A stretch of DNA of 64,000 nt, taken from positions 629 through 64,628 of the forward strand of contig JBBRTC010000001.1 of assembly GCA_038244765.1 (NCBI GenBank), given 5' to 3'. The notes under the pieces were generated by a model. The model made no database searches. It saw only the letters and a list, made by a program, of their open reading frames with translations, and had not been told where the DNA came from. The stretch comes from Candidatus Nanopelagicales bacterium. GTDB taxonomy: Bacteria; Actinomycetota; Actinomycetes; S36-B12; JBBRLC01. A program made the position numbers and the translations under genes. Positions 1-9,769 of the stretch are shown one piece after another; position 1 is the stretch's first letter, and each line of letters opens with the position of its first letter.

Positions 1-354
1 CGCATTCACCCCGACGGTTTGCTCGCATACAAACAGTTGCGACCCGTCAATACGTTGATCCGACGACTGACCGGCCGAACAGCTACCTGCCTGCGTCCCC
101 CGTACGGTTCCTATGACACGCGTGTACGTCGCATCGCTGGCGGTTTTGGTTTGCACATCGCGATGTGGACTCTCGACACTCTCGACTGGTCACATCCCGG
201 CGTCGCCAGAATCGTTCACGTCGCCACCCGGGCGCGAGGTGGCTCGATTGTGCTGATGCACGATGGCATCGGCGGAGTCCAGACGTACCGAGCACTGCGG
301 ACGATCTTGGCTCGCCTGTCGGCGCGCGGATTTGTCTTCCGCTCGCTCTGCTAA
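1..354 (+). CDS. polysaccharide deacetylase (NodB-homology) family protein, 3' part; 5' end lies outside the window
   Basis: Frame is open from base 1. NodB-type motifs RPPYG and IVLMHDG are present. Stop at 352-354. Confidence 0.6.
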   Translation, partial: RIHPDGLLAYKQLRPVNTLIRRLTGRTATCLRPPYGSYDTRVRRIAGGFGLHIAMWTLDTLDWSHPGVARIVHVATRARGGSIVLMHDGIGGVQTYRALRTILARLSARGFVFRSLC

Positions 355-551
355 TGCGCCAACTCACCTGACTCGAGTTCGCCGCCTCAAGAAATCCACC
401 CAATTGGCCGATAGGGGGACAGACGCGTGGCCGAAACGCCACCGGAGGTCACCCATCCGGCGGAGTCCTGACCACAATGTCACGTGAGGTAATGGACCAA
501 CACGCACAGTAGCCAAGGCGAGGGCCTTGGCGTACACCTGGAGGCTTCCCC

Positions 552-926
552 ATGCCGCAGCAGCCACTCGCCCAAGTGCCCGTCGACTCCTTATGGGATT
601 GGCAGGAGCACGGATCGTGCCGCGAGGCCGATACCGAGTTGTTCTTCCACCCGCAGCACGAACGTGGCTCCACTCGGTCCCGGCGCGACCAGGCCGCCAA
701 AGCGGTATGCGCTCGCTGCGAGGTACGTCTTCAGTGTGCCGACTATGCAATTCGGGCCCGTGAGCCATTCGGCGTGTGGGGCGGGCTCACCGAAGAAGAG
801 CGCGAGCGCATCTACGTCCGGATCGCGTTGACCGAGTACCCCCGCACGCGCGGTGACGGTGCGCGCATGTGCGCCGACGACATCGAGGCAGCTATTACTC
901 CAGCAAAGCTGGGAATCAGCGCCTAG
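552..926 (+). CDS. whiB: WhiB-family (WhiD/WhiB3-like) Fe-S transcriptional regulator
   Basis: LWDWQEHGSC...LFFHPQHERG...AKAVCARCEVRLQC...PFGVWGGLTEEER gives four Cys plus the GVWGG turn typical of Wbl proteins. GGAGG lies 7 nt upstream of the ATG. Confidence 0.85.
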   Translation: MPQQPLAQVPVDSLWDWQEHGSCREADTELFFHPQHERGSTRSRRDQAAKAVCARCEVRLQCADYAIRAREPFGVWGGLTEEERERIYVRIALTEYPRTRGDGARMCADDIEAAITPAKLGISA

Positions 927-985
927 TTCATAGCCGCGAACCTCAACTCAATAGGCTCATTCCCTATCGAGTTGAGAGGACCACG

Positions 986-2017
986 ATGCGCTACACGCTG
1001 CTCGGCGACTCGGGCTTGCGAGTCTCTGAAATCTCCCTGGGGACGATGACGTTCGGTCCCGACTGGGGATTTGGTGCAGACGCACCGAACAGTCGCGCTC
1101 AATTCGAGTTCTACGCAGAAGCCGGCGGCAACTTCATCGACACCGCCGTCAACTACACCAACGGCACGGCAGAGTCGTACGTCGGGGAATTGATTGCCGA
1201 GGACCGCGACCGTTGGGTCGTCGCAACGAAGTACACCCTGTCGACGAATCCCAATGATCCCAACGCTGGTGGTAATTCGCGCAAGAATCTGCGGAACTCC
1301 CTCGAGATGTCATTGCGTCGACTCAACACTGACTACATCGATGTGCTGTGGTTGCATGCTTGGGACTTCGTCACCTCTCCCGTGGAAGTTATGAGGGCTC
1401 TCGATGACGCGGTGCGAAGCGGCAAGGTTCTTTACGTTGGCATTTCAGATTCCCCCGCGTGGGTGGTTGCCCGATTGCAGACAATTGCTGAGTTGCGCGG
1501 ATGGTCCCCCTTCATCGGTCTGCAGGTTGAGTACTCGTTGGCTCAACGCGAACCTGAGCGCGAACTCCTTCCGATGGCCCATGCGCTCGGCCTCGGCGTC
1601 ACCGCGTGGGGGCCACTGGCCGGCGGAATTCTGACCGGCAAATACCGCTCCGCTGCGATGGCGGACGAACCACGTCGTCACGGGGACAGCCCGGATGAGG
1701 CCCGTGTCCGCATCGGCGATGCCGTCGTCGAAGTTGCGACCGACACCGGGGTTACCCCGGCGCAGGTGGCCCTGGCCTGGCTGCGTACTCGCGACGTGAT
1801 CCCCATCATCGGCGCTCGAACCACGGCTCAACTCGCCGACTCGTTGGGATCGCTGGAGGTGACGCTGTCGCCCGAACACATCGCGGGTCTGGATGAGGCC
1901 TCTGCACCCACCCTGGGTTTCCCCCATGACTTCCTGGCACGAGACGACATCAGCGGCTTGATCTACGGCGCCAACCGACACCTCATCGACATACCTCGCG
2001 GTCGCCGGCCTCACTAG
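986..2017 (+). CDS. aldo/keto reductase
   Basis: MRYTLLGDSGLRVSEISLGTMTFG start is typical of the AKR11/12 family. The internal ATG at 986 is preceded by GAGAGGA, so the longer ORF from 869 was rejected. Confidence 0.85.
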   Translation: MRYTLLGDSGLRVSEISLGTMTFGPDWGFGADAPNSRAQFEFYAEAGGNFIDTAVNYTNGTAESYVGELIAEDRDRWVVATKYTLSTNPNDPNAGGNSRKNLRNSLEMSLRRLNTDYIDVLWLHAWDFVTSPVEVMRALDDAVRSGKVLYVGISDSPAWVVARLQTIAELRGWSPFIGLQVEYSLAQREPERELLPMAHALGLGVTAWGPLAGGILTGKYRSAAMADEPRRHGDSPDEARVRIGDAVVEVATDTGVTPAQVALAWLRTRDVIPIIGARTTAQLADSLGSLEVTLSPEHIAGLDEASAPTLGFPHDFLARDDISGLIYGANRHLIDIPRGRRPH

Positions 2018-2222
2018 TCAACAAGGCATCGCCACGCCAAGTCCCCCAACTGTCCAGGCGCATCTGGGATTCGCGCATTGCCCGGTTGCGGGCCCACCGG
2101 TTCAGCGCAGCGACGCTAGCAATCCCGTTCGACACCTTGGCCACCCAACAAACTCATCCAAGATCAAAGTTTGAGGGCAAAATCCGAAGTTAAACTTCAG
2201 GTTCGTACCACTAAGGCGAGCA

Positions 2223-4034
2223 CTAGCGGGAGAGGCGGGTACGCAGGTCCGCTAATTCGGCCGTCATCTCCGCAGGCAGGTGCGAGCCGAATTGAGCGAA
2301 GTACTCCTCGGTCAGATCCGCCTCGGCCAACCACGTCGCTGGATCAACAGCGAAGAGTTCTTCGAGTGCCGCGTCGGTGATGTCGAGCCCGTCGGTGTAG
2401 AGCGCACCTGGGGCAGGGGCACGACCAATCGCGGTGTCTACCGACTCGCCCCGACCTTCGAGGCGGTCAACGATCCACGCGAGTACCCGAGAGTTTTCGC
2501 CGAAGCCTGGCCAGATGAACTTGCCATTGGAGTCCTTGCGGAACCAGTTGACCTGGTAGATGCGAGGCAGTTTCTCGGGCGTACTCGCCTCGCCAATCGA
2601 CAACCAGTGCGCCCAGTAGTCACCCATGTTGTAGCCGCAGAAGGGCAGCATTGCGAAGGGGTCGCGACGTAGTTGCCCCATTTGGCCGACCGCAGCGGCC
2701 GTCGTCTCCGAGGACACTGTCGCCCCAAGGAAGACACCGTGCTGCCAGTCGAGCGACTCATTGACCAGCGGAACGTTAGTCGCGCGGCGTCCGCCGAAAA
2801 GGATCGCCGAGATCGGTACGCCGGCGGGGTCCTCCCAGTTGTCGGCGATCGACGGGCACTGCGACGCGGGGGCCGTGAACCGAGAGTTCGGGTGCGACGA
2901 CAACTCCGCCGAGTCCGTAGTCCAGTCCTGGCCCTTCCAGTCGATCAGGTGCGCCGGTGGCTCATCGGTGAGGCCTTCCCACCAAATGTCGCCGTCATCG
3001 GTCAGGGCGACGTTGGTGAAGATCGAGTTGGCATAGAGCGTCTTGATCGCGTTCGCGTTTGTCTTCAGGGAGGTGCCCGGAGCAACTCCGAAGAAGCCAG
3101 CTTCGGGGTTGATCGCGTAGAGACGACCATCTTCACCGAAGCGCATCCAACAAATGTCATCGCCCACGGTCTCTACCGTCCAACCTGGAACGGTGGGTTC
3201 AAGCATTGCGAGGTTGGTCTTTCCGCAAGCAGAGGGGAAGGCGGCCGCGATGTACTTCACTCCCCCATTTGGAGAGGTCAATTTGAGGATGAGCATGTGC
3301 TCGGCCAGCCAGCCCTCGTCGCGCGCCATAGCCGATGCGATCCTCAGCGCAAAGCACTTCTTGCCAAGCAGTGCATTGCCGCCGTATCCGGAGCCGTAGG
3401 ACCAGATCTCGCGTGACTCGGGGAATTGCACGATGTACTTCGTGTCGCTGCAGGGCCAAACCACGTCAGCAGCGCCGTCGACGAGCGGGTATCCAACCGA
3501 ATGCAACGCCGGAACAAAGTCCCCGTCTTCGCCGATGAGGTCCAGGGCCGCCTGACCCATCCGCGTCATGATCTTCATATTGACCACGACGTACGGCGAA
3601 TCGGTGAGTTCCACTCCGAGCTGCGAGATCCGGGACCCCAGCGGCCCCATCGAGAATGGCACGACGTACATGGTGCGTCCGGCCATCGAGCCGGCAAAAA
3701 GTGCACGCAGAGTGTTGCGCATCTCGACAGGATCACGCCAGTTGTTCGTCGGGCCAGCGTCCTCTTCGCGTAGCGCGCAGATGTACGTGCGGTCTTCCAC
3801 ACGTGCGACATCGGACGGGCTCGAGCGGGCCAGGAATGAATTGGGCCGGATTGATTCGTTGAGGCGGATAAACGTTCCGCCGGCAACGAGCAGCGATGTG
3901 AGTCGGTCCCACTCTTCGTCGGAACCGTTGCACCATTCGACCCGGTCCGGGGTGGTGAGGGCGGCTACCTCTTCGACCCACTCCAGCAACTTCTTGTTCT
4001 TGGTGGGAGCGTTTTCGAGACCGGGAATTGACAT
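2223..4034 (-). CDS. pckG: phosphoenolpyruvate carboxykinase (GTP)
   Basis: Full-length similarity to GTP-PEPCK (FPSACGKTN kinase-1a motif, WMRF, NSRFTAP). Start chosen at [10 protein letters not shown] (ATG 4034). Confidence 0.95.
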   Translation of the reverse strand: MSIPGLENAPTKNKKLLEWVEEVAALTTPDRVEWCNGSDEEWDRLTSLLVAGGTFIRLNESIRPNSFLARSSPSDVARVEDRTYICALREEDAGPTNNWRDPVEMRNTLRALFAGSMAGRTMYVVPFSMGPLGSRISQLGVELTDSPYVVVNMKIMTRMGQAALDLIGEDGDFVPALHSVGYPLVDGAADVVWPCSDTKYIVQFPESREIWSYGSGYGGNALLGKKCFALRIASAMARDEGWLAEHMLILKLTSPNGGVKYIAAAFPSACGKTNLAMLEPTVPGWTVETVGDDICWMRFGEDGRLYAINPEAGFFGVAPGTSLKTNANAIKTLYANSIFTNVALTDDGDIWWEGLTDEPPAHLIDWKGQDWTTDSAELSSHPNSRFTAPASQCPSIADNWEDPAGVPISAILFGGRRATNVPLVNESLDWQHGVFLGATVSSETTAAAVGQMGQLRRDPFAMLPFCGYNMGDYWAHWLSIGEASTPEKLPRIYQVNWFRKDSNGKFIWPGFGENSRVLAWIVDRLEGRGESVDTAIGRAPAPGALYTDGLDITDAALEELFAVDPATWLAEADLTEEYFAQFGSHLPAEMTAELADLRTRLSR

Positions 4035-4167
4035 GGCGCGGACTCCTCGGCGGGCACGGGTGGACGAGAGGAGTACAGGGTGCCCTAAGAACCCTCTCAA
4101 GAGCCATCGAGGGCGGCAAAATCAGCCCTCGGTGGGCGATTTGTGACCAAGCACATAGGCCGTTGGA

Positions 4168-5172
4168 TCAGATCTTCACGATGTAGTAGTCCAGCAGTAC
4201 GAGGGCAACTTGGGAGTTCGACGGCGGATTGCCGTGCTTCTTCTTCTTGCACTCCTTCTTTTTCTTGTCGTCGTGCTTTTTCTGGTCCTCTTTCGTCTTC
4301 TCGCTGGTCTTTACGCCGCTGCGTTTCGAGTCATGGCTCTTGGCGTCGCTGTGGGTTGCGTCGTATTGGTTGCAGTGGCCATGACCAGAGTCGTACTCGC
4401 CGTCATCGCAGTCACCGTCAGTCTCGCCGTCCGGGTCGTCGTATTTACAGCCTGGTACGACGCCGGTGACTTGTAGGCCCGCCGTCACGTCAACGAGCCC
4501 GCCCGCGAGGGAGCCACTCGAGGCGGTGGTCACCTTGCACAAGGTCGCCTTGTCACCTACACCTGCGTTGCTCACCGGTGACGTTGTCAGGGTCAATGGA
4601 CCGGCCGTCTTGGTGCACGTCGGAGTGATCATCAGCTTGCCGCCCTTGAACGGCTGACCCGTCACGGAGTCCAACAACCCGCGGTAGCGAATCTGTAGCT
4701 TCCAGCCGGAGTCTTGGCCACGCAAGTCGCGGACATGCACCGTGAATGCACCGGTGCGAATCGCACCCCCGCTGACATAGACCGGGGCAACACCATCGAG
4801 ATGGATGCCACCAGAGACAAGCACGACGTTGATTTGCTGCTGAGTCGTGCACGCTGCGACGCAGCGATCGGGGCCGACCGCTTGTTGCGGTGAGGGCTTT
4901 GACGGGACGTCGAGGGTGGGGTCGATGTACACCCGGCCCTTGTTGCCGCCGTCGAGCACCATCGGTCCGTTGTCGTGGCCGTCGTGGCCGTCGTGGCCGG
5001 ACGTGTGATGTTCAGAGTCGTGATGCCAACTTGAGGCAACAGCACCCGTGGGGAGCAGAATCAATGCGGCCGTCACGACGCCGACGGCACTGCGGCGCGT
5101 CCCGAAGGACGTACGCCGGCGAGCGCATCTGGCCGGCCGGGCATGACGAGGTCGAGCTGGCACGAAGTGCAT
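4168..5172 (-). CDS. secreted protein of unknown function with a His/Asp-rich N-terminus, a possible WxL-type central domain and a Lys/Asp/His-rich C-terminus
   Basis: N-terminal signal-like segment (RRSAVGVVTAALILLPTGAVASS). Mature end reads WHHDSEHHTSGHDGHDGHDNG. FTVHVRDLRGQDSGWKLQIRY resembles a WxL domain core. The tail reads KKHDDKKKKECKKKKHG. Confidence 0.55.
   Translation of the reverse strand: MHFVPARPRHARPARCARRRTSFGTRRSAVGVVTAALILLPTGAVASSWHHDSEHHTSGHDGHDGHDNGPMVLDGGNKGRVYIDPTLDVPSKPSPQQAVGPDRCVAACTTQQQINVVLVSGGIHLDGVAPVYVSGGAIRTGAFTVHVRDLRGQDSGWKLQIRYRGLLDSVTGQPFKGGKLMITPTCTKTAGPLTLTTSPVSNAGVGDKATLCKVTTASSGSLAGGLVDVTAGLQVTGVVPGCKYDDPDGETDGDCDDGEYDSGHGHCNQYDATHSDAKSHDSKRSGVKTSEKTKEDQKKHDDKKKKECKKKKHGNPPSNSQVALVLLDYYIVKI
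4972..4998 (-). repeat. three perfect tandem copies of a 9-bp unit (gtcgtggcc) encoding (GHD)3
   Basis: Read directly: 4972-4980, 4981-4989 and 4990-4998 are identical. Confidence 0.9.
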
Positions 5173-5328
5173 GCCGCTCCTCCCAGGGCGACACCCGCTG
5201 GTTAGTGCTTCGGCCCGCCGGAATGGCGACCTTGAGGCCGGGGTCCAATTCGTTGCTCATGCCATCTAGGTTGAGCCACCGCGACGCTCTAGCGCGCGTG
5301 ACTGCTCCCCGACCGAAGGGCACGTGAC

Positions 5329-6174
5329 ATGAGATTGATGGTGCTGGGCTGCGGAAACGTGGGCCTTGAGGTGACCGAGCGGGCGAAGGCACGCGGCTGG
5401 GAGGTCGTCGCGACCACGACCTCTCCTGGCCGGGTGGAAGAGCTCTCCAAGTACGCCGACGACGTTGTCGTACTCCAGGGCAAGGACGCCGCCGCTGTTG
5501 CGGCCGCGGCCGAGGGATGCGACGCGATCTTGGTCTCCGCCAGTCCCCGCATCATGTCCTCAGTCACGGTCGAGGACCGAGCCAACTCTTATCGCGAAGT
5601 CCTCGTTGCATCGTGTGAGAGCGCTGCCGCCGCGTGCGACCAAGTGATCTTCATGTCGTCGGTGTCGGTCTACGGCGATGGCACTCAGGAATCGCGCGAA
5701 TTTCTCGACGAAGAGACTCCCCGCACTAAGAGCGATGAACCGTCGAGCGTCTACTTCGCGATCGCCGAAGACGCTGCGCTGAGTGCGCCGCAGGGAGTCG
5801 TACTGCGGCTGGCAGATGTGCACGGAGGTCCCAACGACATGGACTACACCGCGCGCGTCAAAATGGTTCATCAGTACATGGGCGGCGGGACCGACTTCGC
5901 TCCCGATGGCAAACTGCACCGAGTGCACGTCGACGATGTTGCCAACGCGGTGATCTACGCCCTGGAGAACAAGCTCACCGGTGCCTACAACTGCGTGCCC
6001 GACGTCGTCCCCGCTCCGACGAACAAGGAAGCGTTCGACGCAATCGCTGACAACGCCGGCCTGGAGCGCATCGAATTTCGCGACAAGTTGCGCACGCCGA
6101 CCCAGCAGGTGAGTTCAGCGAAGTTGCGTGCTGCTGGTTTCGTGTTCGAGCACCCGAACGATCCGCTGTTCTAA
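5329..6174 (+). CDS. NAD(P)-binding Rossmann-fold protein (SDR/epimerase-like)
   Basis: N-terminal MRLMVLGCGNVGLEV glycine-rich dinucleotide-binding motif. Length and layout fit atypical SDR/NmrA-like proteins. Confidence 0.65.
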   Translation: MRLMVLGCGNVGLEVTERAKARGWEVVATTTSPGRVEELSKYADDVVVLQGKDAAAVAAAAEGCDAILVSASPRIMSSVTVEDRANSYREVLVASCESAAAACDQVIFMSSVSVYGDGTQESREFLDEETPRTKSDEPSSVYFAIAEDAALSAPQGVVLRLADVHGGPNDMDYTARVKMVHQYMGGGTDFAPDGKLHRVHVDDVANAVIYALENKLTGAYNCVPDVVPAPTNKEAFDAIADNAGLERIEFRDKLRTPTQQVSSAKLRAAGFVFEHPNDPLF

Positions 6175-6282
6175 CTAGCCGGATCGAGCCAAATCAAGCG
6201 GCACCTGAAGTGTCGTTTTCGGCCCAGATTGGGGGGCGGAAGCAACGATCCAGGTGGCGCGGGGGCGTAGTCGCGGTGGGGG

Positions 6283-6417
6283 TCAGTGGTTCTTGGTGGC
6301 CGGCATGATCACCGAATCACCGTTGGCACCTGACTTGGCCTTCTTGTCAGCGCGCTTCTCCTTGAGAGATTTGCCGGGCTTCTTTGACATCGTTTTTCGG
6401 GGGGATTTGTCTGACAT
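6283..6417 (-). CDS. small (44 aa) lysine-rich basic protein, function unknown
   Basis: MSDKSPRKTMSKKPGKSLKEKRADKKAKSGANGDSVIMPATKNH. The ATG is preceded by GGGAG at about 5 nt. It occupies the gap between flanking genes. Confidence 0.4.
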   Translation of the reverse strand: MSDKSPRKTMSKKPGKSLKEKRADKKAKSGANGDSVIMPATKNH

Positions 6418-6609
6418 GGTCGCTCCCTGCGCAGGGAACCTGTAGGGCTCCGTCGATTCGACAGTACGCCTACTTCGCGCGAGCACAAGGAGTTGCGAGC
6501 AGTCGCGGCGTACTTTCGTTTGCGATTCCCGCCAGTATTGCGCGCAGAGCACCCGGTGAGGGTGTCCGATTCGTACATCATGGGCTCGACGACGCGGAGG
6601 GAGGAACAG

Positions 6610-7773
6610 ATGACCGCGATCGGCGGCGCCGCCAACAACCCTGAGCCGCGATCGAGTGCTGGGCGAGAAGAATTCACCGAGAAATCGATTCGCAGTGAAT
6701 TCCAAAAGGCCTCAGACCAGATCGGTCGCTTCAATCTCGCAATCTTCGGGAAGACCGGCGTGGGCAAGAGCACGCTCATCAACGCAATCTTCGGCAAAGA
6801 CATCGCGGCGACAGGGATTGGAAAACCGGTCACCGCCGGTCGCCACTTCTATCTGCATGAGACACGACGTCTCGGCATCCTGGACAACCGCGGCCTCGAA
6901 ATCACCGACGAACCCAAGAAGCTGCTCAAGGAATTCGCGAAGTATCTCGATGATGCGCGCGGCAGGCCCCTCAACACACAGTTGCATCTCGTTTGGTACT
7001 GCGTCGCAGCCCCGAGTGGTCGGCTCGAGGCAGGTGAAGAGGAATTCATTCGAGGGCTACACAAACTCGGGCTCCCTGTCATTCTGGTGATGACTCAGAC
7101 CAGTCGTAAAGCTGGCGCCCTTCACCCCGACCACGAGCAACTTGCTCATTTCATCGCCCAACGTGGACTCCCGATCTATCTCGGGCGCGTCTTCCCAGTT
7201 TTTGCTCTCGCTGACAATTTTTCCGGCCAAGAAGTCTTTGGCCTTCAGGAGCTCTTGGATGCCACGTTTCGCCTTGCACCCGAGAGCGTAGAAGCGGCAA
7301 TCACCGCGGCTCAGGTCGTGGACAAGAAACGCAAGAGCGATGCGGCGCAAGCAGCAATCGCGCTGGCGACGACACTCGCGGCTGGTGCCGGAGCTACGCC
7401 GATCCCGCTTTCTGATGCCGCCCTACTCGTCCCGATTCAACTCGCGATGATGGGAAAGATCGCCGCGATCTACAACATCGAACTTGAAACGGCCACCATG
7501 GCAGCCCTTGCTGCGACCACGGCCGCGACCCAAGTCGGCCGCAGCGCAGTCGCCGGCCTTTTCAAGGTGATTCCGGTCGTCGGCTGGGTGGTGGGAGGAG
7601 CGATCAGCGCCAGTGTTGCGTCCGCTATCACCATCGCCATGGGTGGCGCGTGGCTCGTCATCTGCAAGCGCGCCGCTGCCGGTGAAATCGACCTGAAGGC
7701 GATGAGCGCAAGTGCGCTCGGCGACCTTTTCAAGAGCGAGGTCCGCAACAAGTTGCCCCGTACGGCGAAGTAA
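6610..7773 (+). CDS. GTPase-domain protein fused to a C-terminal DUF697-like membrane domain
   Basis: P-loop GKTGVGKS and G3-like DNRG. Ala/Gly-rich hydrophobic C-terminal third. Start ATG 6610 is preceded by GGAGGGAGGA. Confidence 0.75.
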   Translation: MTAIGGAANNPEPRSSAGREEFTEKSIRSEFQKASDQIGRFNLAIFGKTGVGKSTLINAIFGKDIAATGIGKPVTAGRHFYLHETRRLGILDNRGLEITDEPKKLLKEFAKYLDDARGRPLNTQLHLVWYCVAAPSGRLEAGEEEFIRGLHKLGLPVILVMTQTSRKAGALHPDHEQLAHFIAQRGLPIYLGRVFPVFALADNFSGQEVFGLQELLDATFRLAPESVEAAITAAQVVDKKRKSDAAQAAIALATTLAAGAGATPIPLSDAALLVPIQLAMMGKIAAIYNIELETATMAALAATTAATQVGRSAVAGLFKVIPVVGWVVGGAISASVASAITIAMGGAWLVICKRAAAGEIDLKAMSASALGDLFKSEVRNKLPRTAK

Positions 7774-7811
7774 GTCCTGGTTCGATTGATGAGAGGCTTG
7801 GTCCCATCGCG

Positions 7812-8795
7812 ATGCGCTACTTAGAAGGTATTGACTCCCCCAAGCGGATTTCTCGCATTGGGCTTGGTACGTGGCAGTTCGGATCGAGAGAGTGGGGGTA
7901 CGGAGCGGATTATGCGTCGCGCGACGCCCACCTCATTGTCGCTCGCGCTGCCGAGCTCGGCATCACAGTCTTCGACACGGCGGAAGCCTATGGGTTAGGT
8001 CGAAGCGAGCGAATACTCGGCTCTGCATTGAGCGAATGCGGAGCGCTCGACGATGCGTTCATCGCGACGAAAGTCTTTCCGCTGTTCCCCATTGCACCGG
8101 TCGTGCGGCAGCGAGCGCGAGCCAGCGCCGCTCGGCTCGGCGTCAACACCATCGATCTGTACCAAGTGCACTGGCCCAATCCAGCCGTACGAGACGGCAC
8201 GATCATGGACGGAATGCGCGACCTGCAAAACAGCGGAGTTATCGCCGACGTTGGCGTGAGCAACTACTCCCTCGATCGTTGGCAAGGTGCCGAGCGTCGA
8301 CTTGGGCGGCGAGTTCTCTCGAATCAAGTCCAGTTCAGTCTCGCCCACCCCAGTCCGCTCGATGACCTCGTGCCCTTCGCGCAAACTCAGGGTCGAGTCG
8401 TCATCGCGTGGAGTCCACTCGCGCAAGGGTTTCTGTCCGGGCGGTATGACGCAGACAACAAACCCAGCGGCAACGTACGGCGCATGAACCCGCTCTTCCA
8501 ACCGGTCAACATCGAGCTGGCGAGCGGCCTTCTCGAGACGTTGCGCGATGTCGCCGCCACCCATGATGTGACACCGTCACAAGCTGCGCTGGCATGGCTC
8601 ATTCATCATCCGTCAGTGATTGCCATCCCCGGCGCTTCAAGCGTCGCTCAAGTCGAAGCCAACGCCGCCGCCGCCGACATCGCATTGACCGATGACGAAG
8701 CAACCGAACTGACGAACCAAGCCCGCCGCTTCCACCCCATCAGCGGTCTCAATGCTGCGACGAATCGCATCAAGGATCGCCTACACCGCGGCTAG
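7812..8795 (+). CDS. aldo/keto reductase
   Basis: ISRIGLGTWQFG...FDTAEAYG...LYQVHWPNP are typical AKR motifs. Confidence 0.85.
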   Translation: MRYLEGIDSPKRISRIGLGTWQFGSREWGYGADYASRDAHLIVARAAELGITVFDTAEAYGLGRSERILGSALSECGALDDAFIATKVFPLFPIAPVVRQRARASAARLGVNTIDLYQVHWPNPAVRDGTIMDGMRDLQNSGVIADVGVSNYSLDRWQGAERRLGRRVLSNQVQFSLAHPSPLDDLVPFAQTQGRVVIAWSPLAQGFLSGRYDADNKPSGNVRRMNPLFQPVNIELASGLLETLRDVAATHDVTPSQAALAWLIHHPSVIAIPGASSVAQVEANAAAADIALTDDEATELTNQARRFHPISGLNAATNRIKDRLHRG

Positions 8796-8845
8796 CGACT
8801 CGACTTCATCGTCATCTTGTCTGGGTTGCGAACGATGGAAATGAA

Positions 8846-9769
8846 ATGAGAGCGCATGTGACAAATACTGAAGTAGTGATCGATGTCCAAGGTCTCACGA
8901 AGTCCTTCTGCAAATTTCAGGCGCTCCGAGGATTAGACCTGCAAGTGGAGCGCGGTCAGGTCCATGGCTTCCTAGGACCCAACGGTTCGGGGAAATCCAC
9001 CACCATCCGAGTGCTGCTCGGGCTGCTGAAGGCGGACGGCGGGCGCGTACATCTCCTGGGTAAGGACCCATGGGCGGACGTTGTTGAACTGCACCGTCGA
9101 CTTGCTTATGTCCCCGGCGAAGTGTCCCTCTGGCCGGGTATGTCCGGAGGGGAGGCGATCGACCTACTGGGCACGCTGCGCGGTGGCCTGAATGAGAAGA
9201 GGCGGGCGGAGCTGATCCAGCGATTCGAGTTGGACCCGACCAAACGCGGTCGGCAGTACTCCAAAGGGAACCGCCAGAAGGTCGCCTTGGTCGCTGCACT
9301 GGCTTCAGACGTGGAATTGCTAATCCTGGACGAGCCCACCAGCGGCCTCGACCCATTGATGGAGAACGTTTTCCAGGAAGTTGTTGGCGAGGCCACGCAG
9401 CAGGGCGCCACCGTCCTGCTCAGCAGTCACATCTTGGCTGAACTCGAGTCTCTTGCCGACCGCCTGAGCATCATCCGGGATGGCCAGACAGTCGAGCACG
9501 GCACCCTCACGGAACTACGTGGCCGCGCCAAGACGAGTATTCACGCCGAAGTCGAACGCATCCCGGAGCCCGCCGATCTCGCCGCGCTGCAAGACGTCCA
9601 CCTTGACGGGAAGAGGTTGAGCGCAACCGTTGAGTCCGACCGCATCGGACAAGCCATGGCACTGCTCACCGGCTACGGATTCAAGTCCCTCACGGTGGAA
9701 CCACCGTCGCTGGAGAGTTTGTTCCTGCGCATGTACGAGGACGACGAGACCACCGGAGTGAAGGAGTGA
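8846..9769 (+). CDS. ABC transporter ATP-binding protein
   Basis: Walker A GPNGSGKST, signature YSKGNRQK, Walker B LLILDEPTSGLD. Confidence 0.9.
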   Translation: MRAHVTNTEVVIDVQGLTKSFCKFQALRGLDLQVERGQVHGFLGPNGSGKSTTIRVLLGLLKADGGRVHLLGKDPWADVVELHRRLAYVPGEVSLWPGMSGGEAIDLLGTLRGGLNEKRRAELIQRFELDPTKRGRQYSKGNRQKVALVAALASDVELLILDEPTSGLDPLMENVFQEVVGEATQQGATVLLSSHILAELESLADRLSIIRDGQTVEHGTLTELRGRAKTSIHAEVERIPEPADLAALQDVHLDGKRLSATVESDRIGQAMALLTGYGFKSLTVEPPSLESLFLRMYEDDETTGVKE

